Below are positions 38,101 to 47,917 of a stretch of 64,000 nt of DNA, one piece after another (positions within the stretch are counted from its first letter, which is position 1; each line of letters starts with the position of its first letter). The position numbers and the translations under genes were made by a program. This stretch comes from an uncultured Chloroflexia bacterium (GTDB lineage Bacteria > Chloroflexota > Limnocylindria > Limnocylindrales > CSP1-4). The stretch covers positions 10,516 through 74,515 of the forward strand of contig CAWBTQ010000003.1 in the NCBI GenBank assembly GCA_963791725.1. The letters are read 5' to 3'. Under the pieces are notes generated by a model, which did no database searches, was not told the DNA's origin, and saw nothing but the letters and a program-made list of their open reading frames with translations.

Positions 38101-38698
38101 GGCAGCGGTCGAGTCCTCCGCGATCGCGGGGTACCCGGTCGAGGAACCGCGGCCGTGGCGCATACGCCTCCCCAGGGTGCCGCGCGCGGTTGCCGTCGGG
38201 GCGAGTGCCCTCCTTCTCGCCGTGACTATGGCGAGCATCGCGGTGCCGACGGTCCTGGCTGTGAACACGACTTCCATGAGCGGCTCACTGGCCGGTACGG
38301 GAGGACTGCCCGGTGGCCGCGACGCCGGTTTGTGGATCCGAGAGCACGTTCCCCAGGGCGGCGTCTTCCTGACCACCGGCCCGACGCTGGCCAACATCAT
38401 CGAGTTTTACGGACAGAGACAGGCATACGGCCTGTCCGTCAGCCCCAACCCGCTGCGGCGCAATCCGGCCTACGACCCCGTCGTGAATCCGGACCGTTCG
38501 CTCCAGCTCAACAAGATCCAGTACATCGCGACCGACATCTGGTCCACCCAGCGCTCGCCCTTCTTCGACAAGCTGCTGAGAACCTACATCGCCAGGTTCC
38601 ACGGGGTGCTGGTCTACCGGCAGCCGGCCGAGGTCCGCGATGCATCGGGCAACATCTCGAACCAGTTCGTCATCCAAATCTACGAGGTCAGGCCATGA
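35141..38698 (+). CDS. tri-domain fusion: GtrA-like (aa 1-~140) + HprK/P-like P-loop kinase domain (aa ~200-430) + GT39/PMT_2 GT-C glycosyltransferase (aa ~610-1185)
   Basis: Single 1185-aa frame. GtrA 4-TM N-terminus. Middle [47 protein letters not shown] aligns with the HPr-kinase C-terminal P-loop (LHGvlvdvyGvGvLitGdSGvGKSE...rGHrLvaDD). Three 12-aa VGIPIE repeats follow. Then the ~12-TM ArnT/PMT-like domain with periplasmic tail. Confidence 0.75.
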   Translation: MKVQTLSRAGLPTWPRLAILARFLIVGLTGIAVNELVYVLMVHDLAIWFVVAAIASTEASTTWNFLGNELWAFSGRRLVGPAWARYLAYAGMNNAMLLLRVPMLWLLSDFGRLGPASANLIALGALFAMRFALSDGLVWRQKGASAYDAVDSTGEPAQAYRYDIGGLLRLDSDSELPELAYFRTAAVTPPDIRIRTRRVASIPTTRVRLRRDGDRVTYREHLGILGADFNVTMGKTIDVEASQLLSLSRHVLYTNVVEALLRFVLVSKGYVLLHSAGLDVEGRATLLSAQTDTGKTSTVINLVRERHWRFISDDMAIIDPAGFVRTFPKPMTLSYHTMTRAVDASSLTPSKRIQLQVQSRVHSKSGRSVGKGLGTLNVPIMSINSVLQIMVPPPKYHITSLLPAHIATESPIANVFLMERGEPLQERVPLEAAIDQLIENTDDAYGFPPFAALAPHFVIDGADYPALRARERELLTTAMKNASIWRLRVRGHEWGELLPKLILGEQRELVGIPIEIDEREPVGIPIETGERDLVGIPVPAGGMTAESAGGPSRPFSSRRQPPETRASHGLAYPDAGPGGISNFKASVPGPTNRARRRTFESGPPRGTASRNVGAQSAAAAAVAVGPVPGWGLRGGLPLVPNLIALRERVEQRLRIDTRLWVTLGVIILAGAAVRLWAIGSVGFNNDEAVYTGQGASLAADPTYSALFAIFRAHPLLVQFLYSISFRLFGVNDVTPRLISIAFGLGGIGLVYAAGSVLYSRRVGLIAAAILALMPYHVIVTRQALLDGPETTLFLLSMYMLARFARGGDSRWLYSAAFTTGLTVLAKETAVLIVPVAVTFLLLAPEIRMLLRQQLLAIGLFFLAVVPYPAAILIGKGGGAAQSFFLWEVLRQPNHTWTFYADVLPGAVGPLVFLAGVAGLLFAVRRGRWEDRLIISWVAVPVAFFEIWPVKGFQYLLPIAPALAILAGVSFDRLIQTAERVPQRPSNEAAVESSAIAGYPVEEPRPWRIRLPRVPRAVAVGASALLLAVTMASIAVPTVLAVNTTSMSGSLAGTGGLPGGRDAGLWIREHVPQGGVFLTTGPTLANIIEFYGQRQAYGLSVSPNPLRRNPAYDPVVNPDRSLQLNKIQYIATDIWSTQRSPFFDKLLRTYIARFHGVLVYRQPAEVRDASGNISNQFVIQIYEVRP
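36662..36762. repeat. 3 x 36-bp in-frame tandem repeat (encodes E/D-x-VGIPIE-x-x-ERE linker between kinase-like and GT-C domains)
   Basis: gaactggtcggcattcctatcgagattgacgagcgc / gagccggtcggcattcccatcgagaccggcgagcgc / gatctggtcggcattcctgttccggcc. Confidence 0.6.
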
Positions 38699-40191
38699 AG
38701 GGGCCCGCCCCCTTCTGGCGCTCGCTCGGGCGTCGCCCGCTCATCGTGCGTGCCGGCGCGGTGGGGATCGCAGTCGCCCTCTCGGCGGCCCCTCTCATCT
38801 TTGTCGCGCCTGTGGCGGCAGCAACCAAACCGATACAGCATTTGATCTTCTTGATGCAGGAGAACCACACCTTCGACAACTACTTCTCGGCCTTCCCGGG
38901 CGTCGACGCGCCTCCGAGTTCGACGTGCGAACCGAACTGGATACCGAGCCCGAGCCCCGCGCCGACGCTCCCGCCGACGCCAGCCCCGAGCTCTTCGGCA
39001 GGCCCCACGCCGACGCCCAAGCCGACATCGAAGTCCAGGGCGACGCCCAGCGCGCCGCCAAGTCCCACACCCGCTCCCACGGTGCAGTCGGCGACTGCGT
39101 GCTTCACGAGATTCCATCTTTCCAGCCACCGGACTGTGGACCTCAACCACGGCGCCGATGCGGCGCGCAAGGCTCTTGACGACGGTGCGATGGACGGCTT
39201 CTCGGCCGCACAGGGCCAATACGGCTTACCGACCGACCTGCCGATGGGCTATTACGACGGCTCGGATCTCCCGCTCTACTACAACCTGGCCAGCGATTAC
39301 GTACTCGCGCAACGTTTCTTCAGTTCCGCCATGGGCTCGAGCGACATCAATCACATGTACTCGGTCGCGGCCCGTGGAGGCGGACCTCTGCCCGCTACCG
39401 GCTACGAGTTCGATACCATCTTCGACCGCCTTGAGGCCGCCGGGGTTTCGTGGAAGTTTTACGTCCAGGGATACGACCCCTCGATCAACTTCCGCAATCA
39501 CAGCCCGACCGATCCGAAGGCCGCTCAGCTTATCTGGACGCCGCTGCTCGACTTCTCCCGCTTCATCGACGACCCGGCGCTGGCGTCGCATATCGTCGAC
39601 CTTCAGCAGTACTACACGGATCTGCAAACCGGCCATCTGCCGGCGGTGGCCTACCTTGTCCCGAGCGGCCTGTCGGAGCATCCGCCCGGAGACATCACTT
39701 CCGGCCAGACGTTCGCAGTGTCGACGGCGACTTCGTTGATGCGCAGCACGGCGTGGGACAGCAGTTTCTTTGTGGTCACGTGGGATGACTGGGGCGGCTG
39801 GTACGACCACGTTACCCCGCCGCAGGTGGACAACGATGGCTACGGCTTCAGGGTCCCGGCCATCTTCGTTTCGCCGTACGCGCGTTCCGGAACAATCGAC
39901 AACACGACCTACGACTTCACCTCGATCCTCAAGTTCATCGAGGACAACTGGTCGCTGCAACCGCTCACGGCCCGCGACGCGACCGCCAACAGCATTGCCG
40001 ATGCGCTCGATCTGAGCCGGGCCCCGGCTGCGCCGGTCTTCCCGGCTCAGACGTACCCCGTCAAACCCTCGTTCGATACGCAAAACAGGCCCGTGCTGCT
40101 TGCGATGTACGGCGCCTTCGTCGCCTTTGCGGTCATCTGCGGCGCGTTCCTGCTGCGGCCCCGGCGGCGCCAGGCTCTCAAGGGAACGTGA
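38695..40191 (+). CDS. phosphoesterase-family protein (PF04185: non-haemolytic phospholipase C / acid phosphatase AcpA-like), exported with C-terminal TM anchor
   Basis: Hallmark [15 protein letters not shown]. Start ATG overlaps the fusion-gene stop (ATGA at 38695-38698). Pro/Thr/Ser-rich insertion. C-terminal [22 protein letters not shown] then RPRRR. The track ORF 37795..40191 is a 5' over-extension. Confidence 0.8.
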   Translation: MKGPAPFWRSLGRRPLIVRAGAVGIAVALSAAPLIFVAPVAAATKPIQHLIFLMQENHTFDNYFSAFPGVDAPPSSTCEPNWIPSPSPAPTLPPTPAPSSSAGPTPTPKPTSKSRATPSAPPSPTPAPTVQSATACFTRFHLSSHRTVDLNHGADAARKALDDGAMDGFSAAQGQYGLPTDLPMGYYDGSDLPLYYNLASDYVLAQRFFSSAMGSSDINHMYSVAARGGGPLPATGYEFDTIFDRLEAAGVSWKFYVQGYDPSINFRNHSPTDPKAAQLIWTPLLDFSRFIDDPALASHIVDLQQYYTDLQTGHLPAVAYLVPSGLSEHPPGDITSGQTFAVSTATSLMRSTAWDSSFFVVTWDDWGGWYDHVTPPQVDNDGYGFRVPAIFVSPYARSGTIDNTTYDFTSILKFIEDNWSLQPLTARDATANSIADALDLSRAPAAPVFPAQTYPVKPSFDTQNRPVLLAMYGAFVAFAVICGAFLLRPRRRQALKGT

Positions 40192-40200
40192 GGTCCATCG

Positions 40201-41664
40201 ATGGCTGAACGCCGTTCCACGTCGCGCGCGAAACGCCGGCTCGCGCATCTGGCCGTCACGTCGGCTCTCGCCCTGGCGGTCGCAATCCCCCTCGCTCCGG
40301 CGGCTGCGGCCGAGTCGGCAGACGCTACCCTAACGGCGGTCGCAGCCGGCGCGCTTGCTCCCGTGTCCGTTGTTCATCACACGAAGTCCGTCGCGACGAT
40401 CGCGACGATTGGCACGTCCCTTTCGGTTCAGGTTCCCTCTGGGAGCGTGATCGGCAAGGACGTCGACATCTCTACGGTCCTGCGCAACCGGTCTGGCCAG
40501 CCCCTGGCCGGCGAGCACGTGTCGCTCCTTCTGGACGGGGCCCCGATCCGCAGCGACAAGACGGACCCTCACGGCGCCATCACCTTCACCATACCCGGCA
40601 AGAGTCTGGCTGAGGCGCGCGCCTATGCGCTCGTGGTCGAATTCGGCGGGGCCCGCGGCCTGGCGCCGTCGATCGCGAAGGCCACTCTCACCATCCTTGC
40701 GGCTGCGATCCAGATTCAGACTGTCCCGCCGCTGGCCAACATCAGATTCACCCTGGGCCCCGAGGCCGCCACGACCGGCCCGGACGGCGTGGCTGCTCTG
40801 CCCATCCCCAAGACGGGGAGTTACGCCCTTACGGCCGACCTGAATCCCGACAACTCACCTGCGGCTACGGTCAGGGCCAGCTTCGTGCGCTGGCTCGACA
40901 ACGTCTACACCGCCAACCGCAATATCGACGTCTCCGGGCCGGCCACCTACGTGATAGGCCTCCGCGTGGCATACCGAGCCTCGATCCGGTATGTCGACCT
41001 CGACAACAATCCGGTCGATCCGGCCCTCATCGATCAGGCCTCGTTCAGCGCCGGCATCGGCACCGACGACGTAATCCTCAGCTCGCAGACGAAAGCCAAC
41101 GACGTCTGGTGGACGGCCGCTACGACGGTCCGCATCAGCACGTCGCTGACTGCGTCACCGGTCACCTATCGGGCCCTGTCGGTCAAGATCCACGGCGCCG
41201 ACGTGGTCAACCGAGGCCAGCAAGCTTGGACGCCGACCGAAAACGGGGAATGGACGGTCCAGTTGCTCTTGTACACCATGACAGTGCGGGCCACGGACGC
41301 GATATTCGGCACGCCCGTCTCCGGACAGCTGCGGCTGACTTATCCCGACGGGGCATCTGTCGAGCAGCACGTCGCTTCGGATGGACGCATCGCGTTCGCG
41401 AATCTCCCACGCGGCCAGTACCAGCTTGGGATCAGCCCATCGGTGTTCTCACCGCCAACTCCGGTCGCGTTGTCGCGACCCCAGGAGGCGATCATCAGAG
41501 TGATCACCTACCTGGACGCCATCCTGGTGACGCTAGCCCTCCTCCTGGTCACGCTGCTGCTGGTCGTCATCGGTCGCTGGCCCGTGGTCCAACCGGTTCT
41601 TCGGCGTCTGTCGCGGCGTATGTCGGACAGACTCAACAGGCTCGCCAGAGAGTTCACTTCATAG
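40201..41664 (+). CDS. exported hypothetical protein with C-terminal TM anchor (Ig/transthyretin-like beta repeats)
   Basis: Signal peptide ...ALALAVAIPLAPAAAAES. Repeated beta-sandwich-like segments. TM LVTLALLLVTLLLVVIG near the C-terminus. Confidence 0.55.
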   Translation: MAERRSTSRAKRRLAHLAVTSALALAVAIPLAPAAAAESADATLTAVAAGALAPVSVVHHTKSVATIATIGTSLSVQVPSGSVIGKDVDISTVLRNRSGQPLAGEHVSLLLDGAPIRSDKTDPHGAITFTIPGKSLAEARAYALVVEFGGARGLAPSIAKATLTILAAAIQIQTVPPLANIRFTLGPEAATTGPDGVAALPIPKTGSYALTADLNPDNSPAATVRASFVRWLDNVYTANRNIDVSGPATYVIGLRVAYRASIRYVDLDNNPVDPALIDQASFSAGIGTDDVILSSQTKANDVWWTAATTVRISTSLTASPVTYRALSVKIHGADVVNRGQQAWTPTENGEWTVQLLLYTMTVRATDAIFGTPVSGQLRLTYPDGASVEQHVASDGRIAFANLPRGQYQLGISPSVFSPPTPVALSRPQEAIIRVITYLDAILVTLALLLVTLLLVVIGRWPVVQPVLRRLSRRMSDRLNRLAREFTS

Positions 41665-41679
41665 CCTCGGAAAAGTGCG

Positions 41680-42927
41680 ATGCAGCTTCCGCGATCGAAG
41701 AACGCCGGCCTGGCAGGGGCGATACCAATCATCTTCGTGCTCGCGGGCGCGCTGAGCACGCTCGGTCTGGCCGGGTCCCCGCACCCGTCCCCAAGTCCGA
41801 CGGCAGCCGCAGGGCCGACCCCCGTGCTGGCCTATTACTACATGTGGTTTGGCACCGCCAGCTGGACCCATGCCAAGACCGACCTGCCGGCTCTCGGGGC
41901 CTACACGAGCACGGATCCGGCCATCATCCGGCAGCAAGTGACGTGGGCCCGTGAATCGGGGGTGGACGCCTTCATCGCTTCGTGGAAGAGCACGCCCTCC
42001 CTGAACACGGCCCTCTCCGAGCTGGTAGCCGAATGCCATCGCCAGGGTCTCAAGCTGGTCCTCATATACGAGGGCCTGGACGTCAACCGCAATCCGATCC
42101 CAGCCTCCACTGTGAAGGCCGACCTGCTCGCGTTCGAGGACCAATACGGTTCGGATCCGGTCTTTCAGCTCTTCGGCAAGCCGGTCGTCATCTGGTCGGG
42201 CAGCTGGGCATTCAGCGATGCGGACATCTCAGCCATCCGAAGCAGCCTGGGAGCGCCGGACAAGCTCCTGCTGCTCGGTTCCGAAAAGAGCGGGGCGGCC
42301 TACACCGCCCGGGCCGGCTTGTTCGACGGCGACGCCTACTACTGGTCATCGGGAGATCCTCTCGCGACCCCCGGCTACCAGACGCGACTGACCCAGCTTT
42401 CAGCCTCGGTTCACGCCGCCCACGGCCTGTGGCTCGCTCCCGCCTCGGCCGGGTACGACGGCCGTCTGAATGGCGGAACGACGGTTGTCGACAGGCGCGA
42501 CGGCGCGACGTTGAGGTCGGCCTGGTCCGATGCGTTGGCCACGAAGCCGGACGGAGTTGCGCTGATCAGCTGGAACGAGTACACGGAGAACTCCTACGTC
42601 GAGCCGAGCCGGGACTTCGGCATGCGCTACCTTCAAGTCCTGTCCGGCATCACGGGAGCACCGGGACCGCCGACCGGAATCGCGCCAGCGGCGGGCACTC
42701 TGCCGCCGACCACGGCCCCTCTACTGACGGCGCAGTCCCCCGGCGCAACGTCGCGGCCAAATGCCTACGACGCGACCGCCTTGCTCGTGGCCGGGCTGAT
42801 CCTCGGGCTTCTGGCCCTGCTCGGTTTCAGCCTTAGACGCAATGACGCCCGCTCCGGATCGCGCGCAGATGGAACTCAGAGCGAGTTGGGCCGCCAGTCC
42901 GATTCGCCCGGTGGACGTTTCCGATGA
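41680..42927 (+). CDS. glycoside hydrolase family 99-like protein (putative endo-alpha-mannosidase), signal anchor + C-terminal TM
   Basis: GH99-type start VLAYYYMWFGTASW. Core ...DAFIASWKS..., ...LISWNEYTENSYVEP.... C-terminal TM LLVAGLILGLLALLGF. Confidence 0.6.
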   Translation: MQLPRSKNAGLAGAIPIIFVLAGALSTLGLAGSPHPSPSPTAAAGPTPVLAYYYMWFGTASWTHAKTDLPALGAYTSTDPAIIRQQVTWARESGVDAFIASWKSTPSLNTALSELVAECHRQGLKLVLIYEGLDVNRNPIPASTVKADLLAFEDQYGSDPVFQLFGKPVVIWSGSWAFSDADISAIRSSLGAPDKLLLLGSEKSGAAYTARAGLFDGDAYYWSSGDPLATPGYQTRLTQLSASVHAAHGLWLAPASAGYDGRLNGGTTVVDRRDGATLRSAWSDALATKPDGVALISWNEYTENSYVEPSRDFGMRYLQVLSGITGAPGPPTGIAPAAGTLPPTTAPLLTAQSPGATSRPNAYDATALLVAGLILGLLALLGFSLRRNDARSGSRADGTQSELGRQSDSPGGRFR

Positions 42928-43532
42928 TCCGGCGGCACCGTCGGGGGATATTCGGCGCCGGGGTCGTGGTCGTGCTTGCCGCCTTCATCTCAGTCTGGGC
43001 CCTGCCCAACGTCGCGGGAGCCGCATTCGTCAGCGTCCGCGCCATCGTCTCGCCGACGCTCGCATCGGGCGGACCGACCGTGGTGGTAGGCGGCGAGCGG
43101 GCGGTCCAGGCGAGCGCGGTGAACATAGCGGTCGAGATCGACAATGGCTACCCGCTGTCGGTTGTCCTGGGGACGGGGCCAACTCCATATCAGGCAGCGG
43201 TGTACCGCCGCGACAACGCCGGCCACCTGACCCGTGTCTGGCAGGTGGGCTCGGGCGACCCGACCGTGGAGGAAGGCTCCGATTCGCCGGTCGGCGGCGG
43301 CCCCTCGGGCGGGGCGGTGGTCGTGCCTCCGGGGTCATCCCGGCATTCCATCACCGATGCCTCGACAACTTTCGCCCTCTCATCCGCGGGCGATCGCAGC
43401 CCTGGCCCCGGCGTCTACTACGTTCGCGTTTGGGCTTACGGGATCGGCAGCTCGCTCGTGCCGATGGCACTGGACGGCGGGGTCGACCCGCTGGGGACGC
43501 CCAGCGAACTACCGGTCGCGCCTGCGGTCTGA
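42924..43532 (+). CDS. exported hypothetical protein
   Basis: The start overlaps the previous stop (ATGA). N-terminal TM/signal GAGVVVVLAAFISVWALP. 202 aa. Confidence 0.5.
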   Translation: MIRRHRRGIFGAGVVVVLAAFISVWALPNVAGAAFVSVRAIVSPTLASGGPTVVVGGERAVQASAVNIAVEIDNGYPLSVVLGTGPTPYQAAVYRRDNAGHLTRVWQVGSGDPTVEEGSDSPVGGGPSGGAVVVPPGSSRHSITDASTTFALSSAGDRSPGPGVYYVRVWAYGIGSSLVPMALDGGVDPLGTPSELPVAPAV

Positions 43533-43560
43533 CCGCTTCCGCCCCGGCCGGGTCCGGCCG

Positions 43561-44766
43561 TCACTGGCCTGGCGAGACCCTCGTCACCCAGTAGGCCGTC
43601 CGATCCAGGTATGCGTCGGGAGCCTCCGAAGCCGCCCGGCCGTAGGCGCCACCGTATCCGGTATAGGTTCGCGCCCCGGCCGCGAAGTCGACCGCCGGCT
43701 CGATCTGAGTGCCCTCGTGCCATTCGTTGAACGAGGTCACGCTAACCCACTCGGCGCCGGCCGCGACGACCCCTTGCCACATGGCGTCGTAGCGGGCGCC
43801 GTTGTCTCTTGCCACGAACTGCTGACCCGTGGCCACGGCCTGGCTATTGTCGAACCCGGGACTGACGCTCGGGCTGCAGATGAGTCTGGCGGCCCGGCAG
43901 TCCGCCACGAGACCCGCGAGCGCGGCAGGCGACGCCATCGGGTCGTACGTGTAGACGCCGTCCGCCCCCACCCTGGCGGCGGTGGAAGCCTTCGGCGAGT
44001 GAACCAGGACGATGGCGTCGTCCTGAGTCCGGCGAAGCCCGGCGATCGCCACTTTGAGGGCCGCCACCGGCAGCCTGCTGCTACCGAATAGATAGAAGAC
44101 CGCGCGAGGAGAGGTGGTTTCGCTCGCGGCAGTCGGCCGTGACACGCGCAAGAGGGCCGGCGACGAACCGAACCGGCCGAGAAGATAACGGATGTCAGAC
44201 GCCACCGAACCCGCGGTCTGGCCCTGGTAGGGCTCGATATGGAAGGCGATCTTGATGCCATTGGCCGCGGCGGCGCTGAAGACCGCATCGAGCGATCTGT
44301 CTTCCCATGACCCAACCCCCCACCAGCTGACCGCAATCGCACCGACCCTTGCCTGGCGCAACTCGGCCATCTGCGACTGCAGCACGAGGGGGTCGCGCGA
44401 AGAGTACGGCCCACGCTCCGGATAGAAGGACGACGCGATGTTGTCGGGCGGCACGTGCTCGAGCTGGTTCCAGTGTCGCCACGCCCCGTCGCCGGCAGGG
44501 GTCCCGTACCACACGTAGAAGAAGGCGGTCACGGCCGTCGATGGGGCCGGAACTGTCGTCGGGCTGGCAACGGGGGTGGCGCTCGCTTGGGTGCTCACCG
44601 GCGCGATCAGGAGCGTGGGCGTGATCGAGCTCGACGAAGTCGGCGGGTTGCTCGGCGGTTGCGTGCCGCAGGAAGCCGCCACCAGCGCGGCAAGCAGAGC
44701 CAGGGCGAAGCGGGCGAGACGTGCCCGACCTCGTCCGGGTCCGCTGTTTGGGAGCATCAATAACAC
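43561..44766 (-). CDS. glycoside hydrolase family 99-like lipoprotein (putative endo-alpha-1,2-mannosidase/mannanase)
   Basis: Lipobox LAALVAASCG. Motifs FFYVWYGTPAGDGAWRHW, FYPERGPYSSRD, VSWWGVGSWED, HIEPYQG, TSFNEWHEGTQIEP. Confidence 0.7.
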   Translation of the reverse strand: MLLMLPNSGPGRGRARLARFALALLAALVAASCGTQPPSNPPTSSSSITPTLLIAPVSTQASATPVASPTTVPAPSTAVTAFFYVWYGTPAGDGAWRHWNQLEHVPPDNIASSFYPERGPYSSRDPLVLQSQMAELRQARVGAIAVSWWGVGSWEDRSLDAVFSAAAANGIKIAFHIEPYQGQTAGSVASDIRYLLGRFGSSPALLRVSRPTAASETTSPRAVFYLFGSSRLPVAALKVAIAGLRRTQDDAIVLVHSPKASTAARVGADGVYTYDPMASPAALAGLVADCRAARLICSPSVSPGFDNSQAVATGQQFVARDNGARYDAMWQGVVAAGAEWVSVTSFNEWHEGTQIEPAVDFAAGARTYTGYGGAYGRAASEAPDAYLDRTAYWVTRVSPGQ

Positions 44767-44835
44767 CGCGTTAAGCCTGCGTTGATGTCGCGGACCTACG
44801 TTGACCTCGTGCTAATTGAGCCAAGGAGGCCCACA

Positions 44836-45327
44836 ATGGCCATCGTGATGACGTCCGCGTGTCGATCGTACTCGGCGCTGACTTTCGACGGATGTCCGGG
44901 CTGCGTCGATGCGGCCCTCGATGCCGTGACCCAAGCAGGTAGCTACGTGCTCGGGCAGGTCGCTCCCAGCCTTGCCACCGAACAGACGGACGGACGGCTC
45001 GAGATGGCATATCGCCTGGTCGTGCGTCTGTTCAACCAGAAGGACGACGAGATCGCGCGAGACGAGCTCACAATCGAGCAGACGATCTCGCCCGTTGAAG
45101 CCGAGAGCGAACGGGACGAGGAGGTCGGAGAGCCAGTGGAGGAGCGCGAAGCCAGCGTCGAGCAGGCCGAGGGACCCATGAGACTCGCCGACTTCCAGAC
45201 CATCCTGGACGTCGTGCGGCTCGGCCCGGCCGGTTCGAGCGGCGCCCACGGGGAAATCCACGGCCGCCTCTTCGGCTTCGAAAGGCCAATCGGCCGCTTC
45301 GAGATAGAAGTCCACCGGGGCCGCTGA
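44836..45327 (+). CDS. hypothetical acidic protein with CPGC motif
   Basis: ATG at 44836 preceded by AAGGAGG. 163 aa. DGCPGC near the N-terminus. Glu-rich middle. Confidence 0.5.
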   Translation: MAIVMTSACRSYSALTFDGCPGCVDAALDAVTQAGSYVLGQVAPSLATEQTDGRLEMAYRLVVRLFNQKDDEIARDELTIEQTISPVEAESERDEEVGEPVEEREASVEQAEGPMRLADFQTILDVVRLGPAGSSGAHGEIHGRLFGFERPIGRFEIEVHRGR

Positions 45328-45515
45328 GGCTCTTCGATCCCGCAAGGACGGTGACGGCCGACCGGCCTGCCGCTCGGCTTCTGTGCTGGCGAGGGGCCCG
45401 CCGCGGCAGGCATTAGGCCTACACGCTGCTGCCGTGGGCCGGTTCGCCATGAACACTCCGGCCGTCGGCCGGGGCTCAGATGCGCCCCTGGCACGGAATC
45501 TCGTAAACGGGCATA

Positions 45516-46055
45516 ATGCTCAATGTGATGTTGAATATCTCTGACACGTTGAACGACGGCTCCGAACCGGCCGCCGGCCAGCCGACACTCGATCGCGCGT
45601 GGCTCGAGCGCGAGCTCCTCGATGAGATGACGGCCTGGTCTCCAAGCGACCGCCGAGGGGCGCTCAAGACATGGCACCAGCACGCCCTGAGCCTGGTCCA
45701 CCTCAACGTCCTGACCGGGCTGGAGGTGGAGGGACCGCTTTCGATGCGGCGCCTGGCCGAGCTGATGGACGTGTCCGACGCAAGCGCGACGGGAATCGTG
45801 GATCGGATGGAGAAGCGCGGGCTCGTCGAGCGCCGCCATGACGCTGTGGACCGGCGCGTGGTCCTGGTGCATCCCACCGAGGCCGGAGCGAGGGTCTTCA
45901 GCGAAATGGCAGACCGTCGTCGAGAGATGCTGTCCAGGGTTGTCGCAATACTGTCCGGCGACGAACTGGCGGCGCTCCTGGTCGGAATGAGAGCCATCCA
46001 CTCCGCTCGCCGGCGCTTGACGGAGGACGGAGACGTGCCGCCGGCCTCGGGCTGA
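45516..46055 (+). CDS. MarR-family transcriptional regulator
   Basis: wHTH LSMRRLAELMDVSDASATGIVDRMEKRGLVERRHDAVDRRVVLVHPTEAGAR. Directly upstream of the ABC exporter pair. Confidence 0.8.
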   Translation: MLNVMLNISDTLNDGSEPAAGQPTLDRAWLERELLDEMTAWSPSDRRGALKTWHQHALSLVHLNVLTGLEVEGPLSMRRLAELMDVSDASATGIVDRMEKRGLVERRHDAVDRRVVLVHPTEAGARVFSEMADRRREMLSRVVAILSGDELAALLVGMRAIHSARRRLTEDGDVPPASG

Positions 46056-46186
46056 GCCGCTGAGACCGACTCTCACGACTCCTCCCGGCCCAATTCACCA
46101 GTCCTACATATTCCGCTGCGACGCTTGCTCCAATACCGACAACGCCCCCCAGCAAGGACCCACATGAACCCGCAGGACGAAAGCCG

Positions 46187-47917
46187 ATGATCAAGCTCCT
46201 TGGCAAGTTCGGCTGGCCGTATCGCAAGCTGGTCGTGATCGTCATCGCCCTGGTGACCGTCCAGGCACTGACCAATCTGTATCTGCCCAACCTCAACGCC
46301 GACATCATCAACAACGGCGTGCTGAAGGGCGACACCAACTACATCCTCCGCATCGGCGGGCTGATGCTCCTCATTACGCTCTTGCTGGGCGTCTGCTCGA
46401 TCATCGCCGTCTATTTCGGCTCGTTGACCTCGATGTCGATCGGCCGTGACCTGCGAAGCGCGATCTTCCGCAAGGTCATGGGCTTCGCTCAGCAGGAGAC
46501 CAACACGTTCGGGGCTCCCACCCTCATCACCCGCAACACAAACGATGTGCAGCAGGTGCAGATGGTCCTGGTGATGGTCCTGAACATCATGGTCCTGGCG
46601 CCGATCATGTCGGTCGGGGGCCTGATCATGGCCCTGCGCGAGGACGTGCCGCTGTCGGGCACCCTCCTTGTGATCGTCCCACTGGTCCTGATGGTCATCG
46701 GCACGATCGCCTTCATCGCCGTGCCTCTCTTCCGGTCGATGCAGAAGAAGACGGACCGGATCCAGCAGGTCATGCGCGAGATCCTGAGCGGCATGCGCGT
46801 GATCCGGGCCTTCGTCCGAACCGACCACGAGGAGAAGCGCTACGACGACGCCAACAGCGATCTGACCGACACGTCACTCAAGGTTGCCCGGCTCTTCGCC
46901 CTCATGATCCCGTTCCTGTTCGGGATCATGAACCTGTCGATGGTGGCCATCGTGTGGTTCGGCGGCCAGCGGATCGACTCCGGCGCGATGCCGATCGGCA
47001 ACCTCGCGGCGTTCCTCCAGTACGTGATGCTGATCCTGTTCTCGGTCATGATGGCCGCCCTCATCTTCGTCATGGTTCCTCGAGCGGCCGCCTCGGCCGA
47101 GCGCATCAACGCCGTCCTCGAGACCGATTCCACTGTCTGCGACCCGGATGTGCCGATCGTGGTGACCGACCCCCGCGGCCTGGTCGAGTTCCGAGACGTC
47201 GAATTCCGGTACCCCGGCGCCGAAGACGCGGTTCTGCGCGGGATCTCATTCACCGCTCAGCCGGGCCAGACCACGGCCATCATCGGTGGTACGGGCTCGG
47301 GCAAGACCACTCTCATCAACCTGATCCCGCGCTTCTACGACGTGAGCGCCGGCAGCGTTCTCATCGACGGCGTGGACGTTCGCCAGATGCGCCAGGAGGA
47401 TCTCTGGCGGCTGGTCGGCATCGTGCCGCAGAAGGCCTTCCTGTTCAGTGGAACCGTCGCCAGCAACCTGCGATACGGAGACGACAACGCCGACGACGAA
47501 GCCCTGTGGCAAGCGCTGGCCGTGGCCCAGGGCAAGGATTTCGTTTCGGAGATGGCGGGCGGGCTCGACGCCGAGATCGACCAGGGTGGGACGAACGTCT
47601 CGGGAGGCCAGCGCCAGCGGCTGGCGATCGCTCGAACCATCGTCAGGAAGCCCAAGGTGTTCGTCTTCGACGACAGCTTCTCGGCCCTCGACTTCAAGAC
47701 CGACCAGAAGCTTCGCGGCGCGCTCCACGACCAGACGCGCGACGCGACGGTCATCATCGTCGCCCAGCGCGTCGGGACCATCCTCCACGCCGACCAGATC
47801 GTCGTTCTCGACTCGGGTGACATCGTCGGCCTCGGCACCCACAAGGAATTGATGGAAACCTGCGAAACGTATCGCGAGATCGTCTACTCGCAGCTCACCC
47901 AGGAGGAAGTGGCATGA
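46187..47917 (+). CDS. ABC exporter, fused permease + ATPase (MsbA/MdlB-type half transporter)
   Basis: 6-TM domain then Walker A GGTGSGKTT, signature VSGGQRQRLAIAR, Walker B VFVFDDSFSALD. Confidence 0.9.
   Translation: MIKLLGKFGWPYRKLVVIVIALVTVQALTNLYLPNLNADIINNGVLKGDTNYILRIGGLMLLITLLLGVCSIIAVYFGSLTSMSIGRDLRSAIFRKVMGFAQQETNTFGAPTLITRNTNDVQQVQMVLVMVLNIMVLAPIMSVGGLIMALREDVPLSGTLLVIVPLVLMVIGTIAFIAVPLFRSMQKKTDRIQQVMREILSGMRVIRAFVRTDHEEKRYDDANSDLTDTSLKVARLFALMIPFLFGIMNLSMVAIVWFGGQRIDSGAMPIGNLAAFLQYVMLILFSVMMAALIFVMVPRAAASAERINAVLETDSTVCDPDVPIVVTDPRGLVEFRDVEFRYPGAEDAVLRGISFTAQPGQTTAIIGGTGSGKTTLINLIPRFYDVSAGSVLIDGVDVRQMRQEDLWRLVGIVPQKAFLFSGTVASNLRYGDDNADDEALWQALAVAQGKDFVSEMAGGLDAEIDQGGTNVSGGQRQRLAIARTIVRKPKVFVFDDSFSALDFKTDQKLRGALHDQTRDATVIIVAQRVGTILHADQIVVLDSGDIVGLGTHKELMETCETYREIVYSQLTQEEVA

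Noticed and set aside
37795-38694. 5' extension of the phosphoesterase ORF (track entry 37795..40191)
   Set aside because: The extension lies wholly inside the GT-C fusion gene in another frame. An ATG at 38695 overlapping the upstream stop, followed by a signal peptide, is the credible start.
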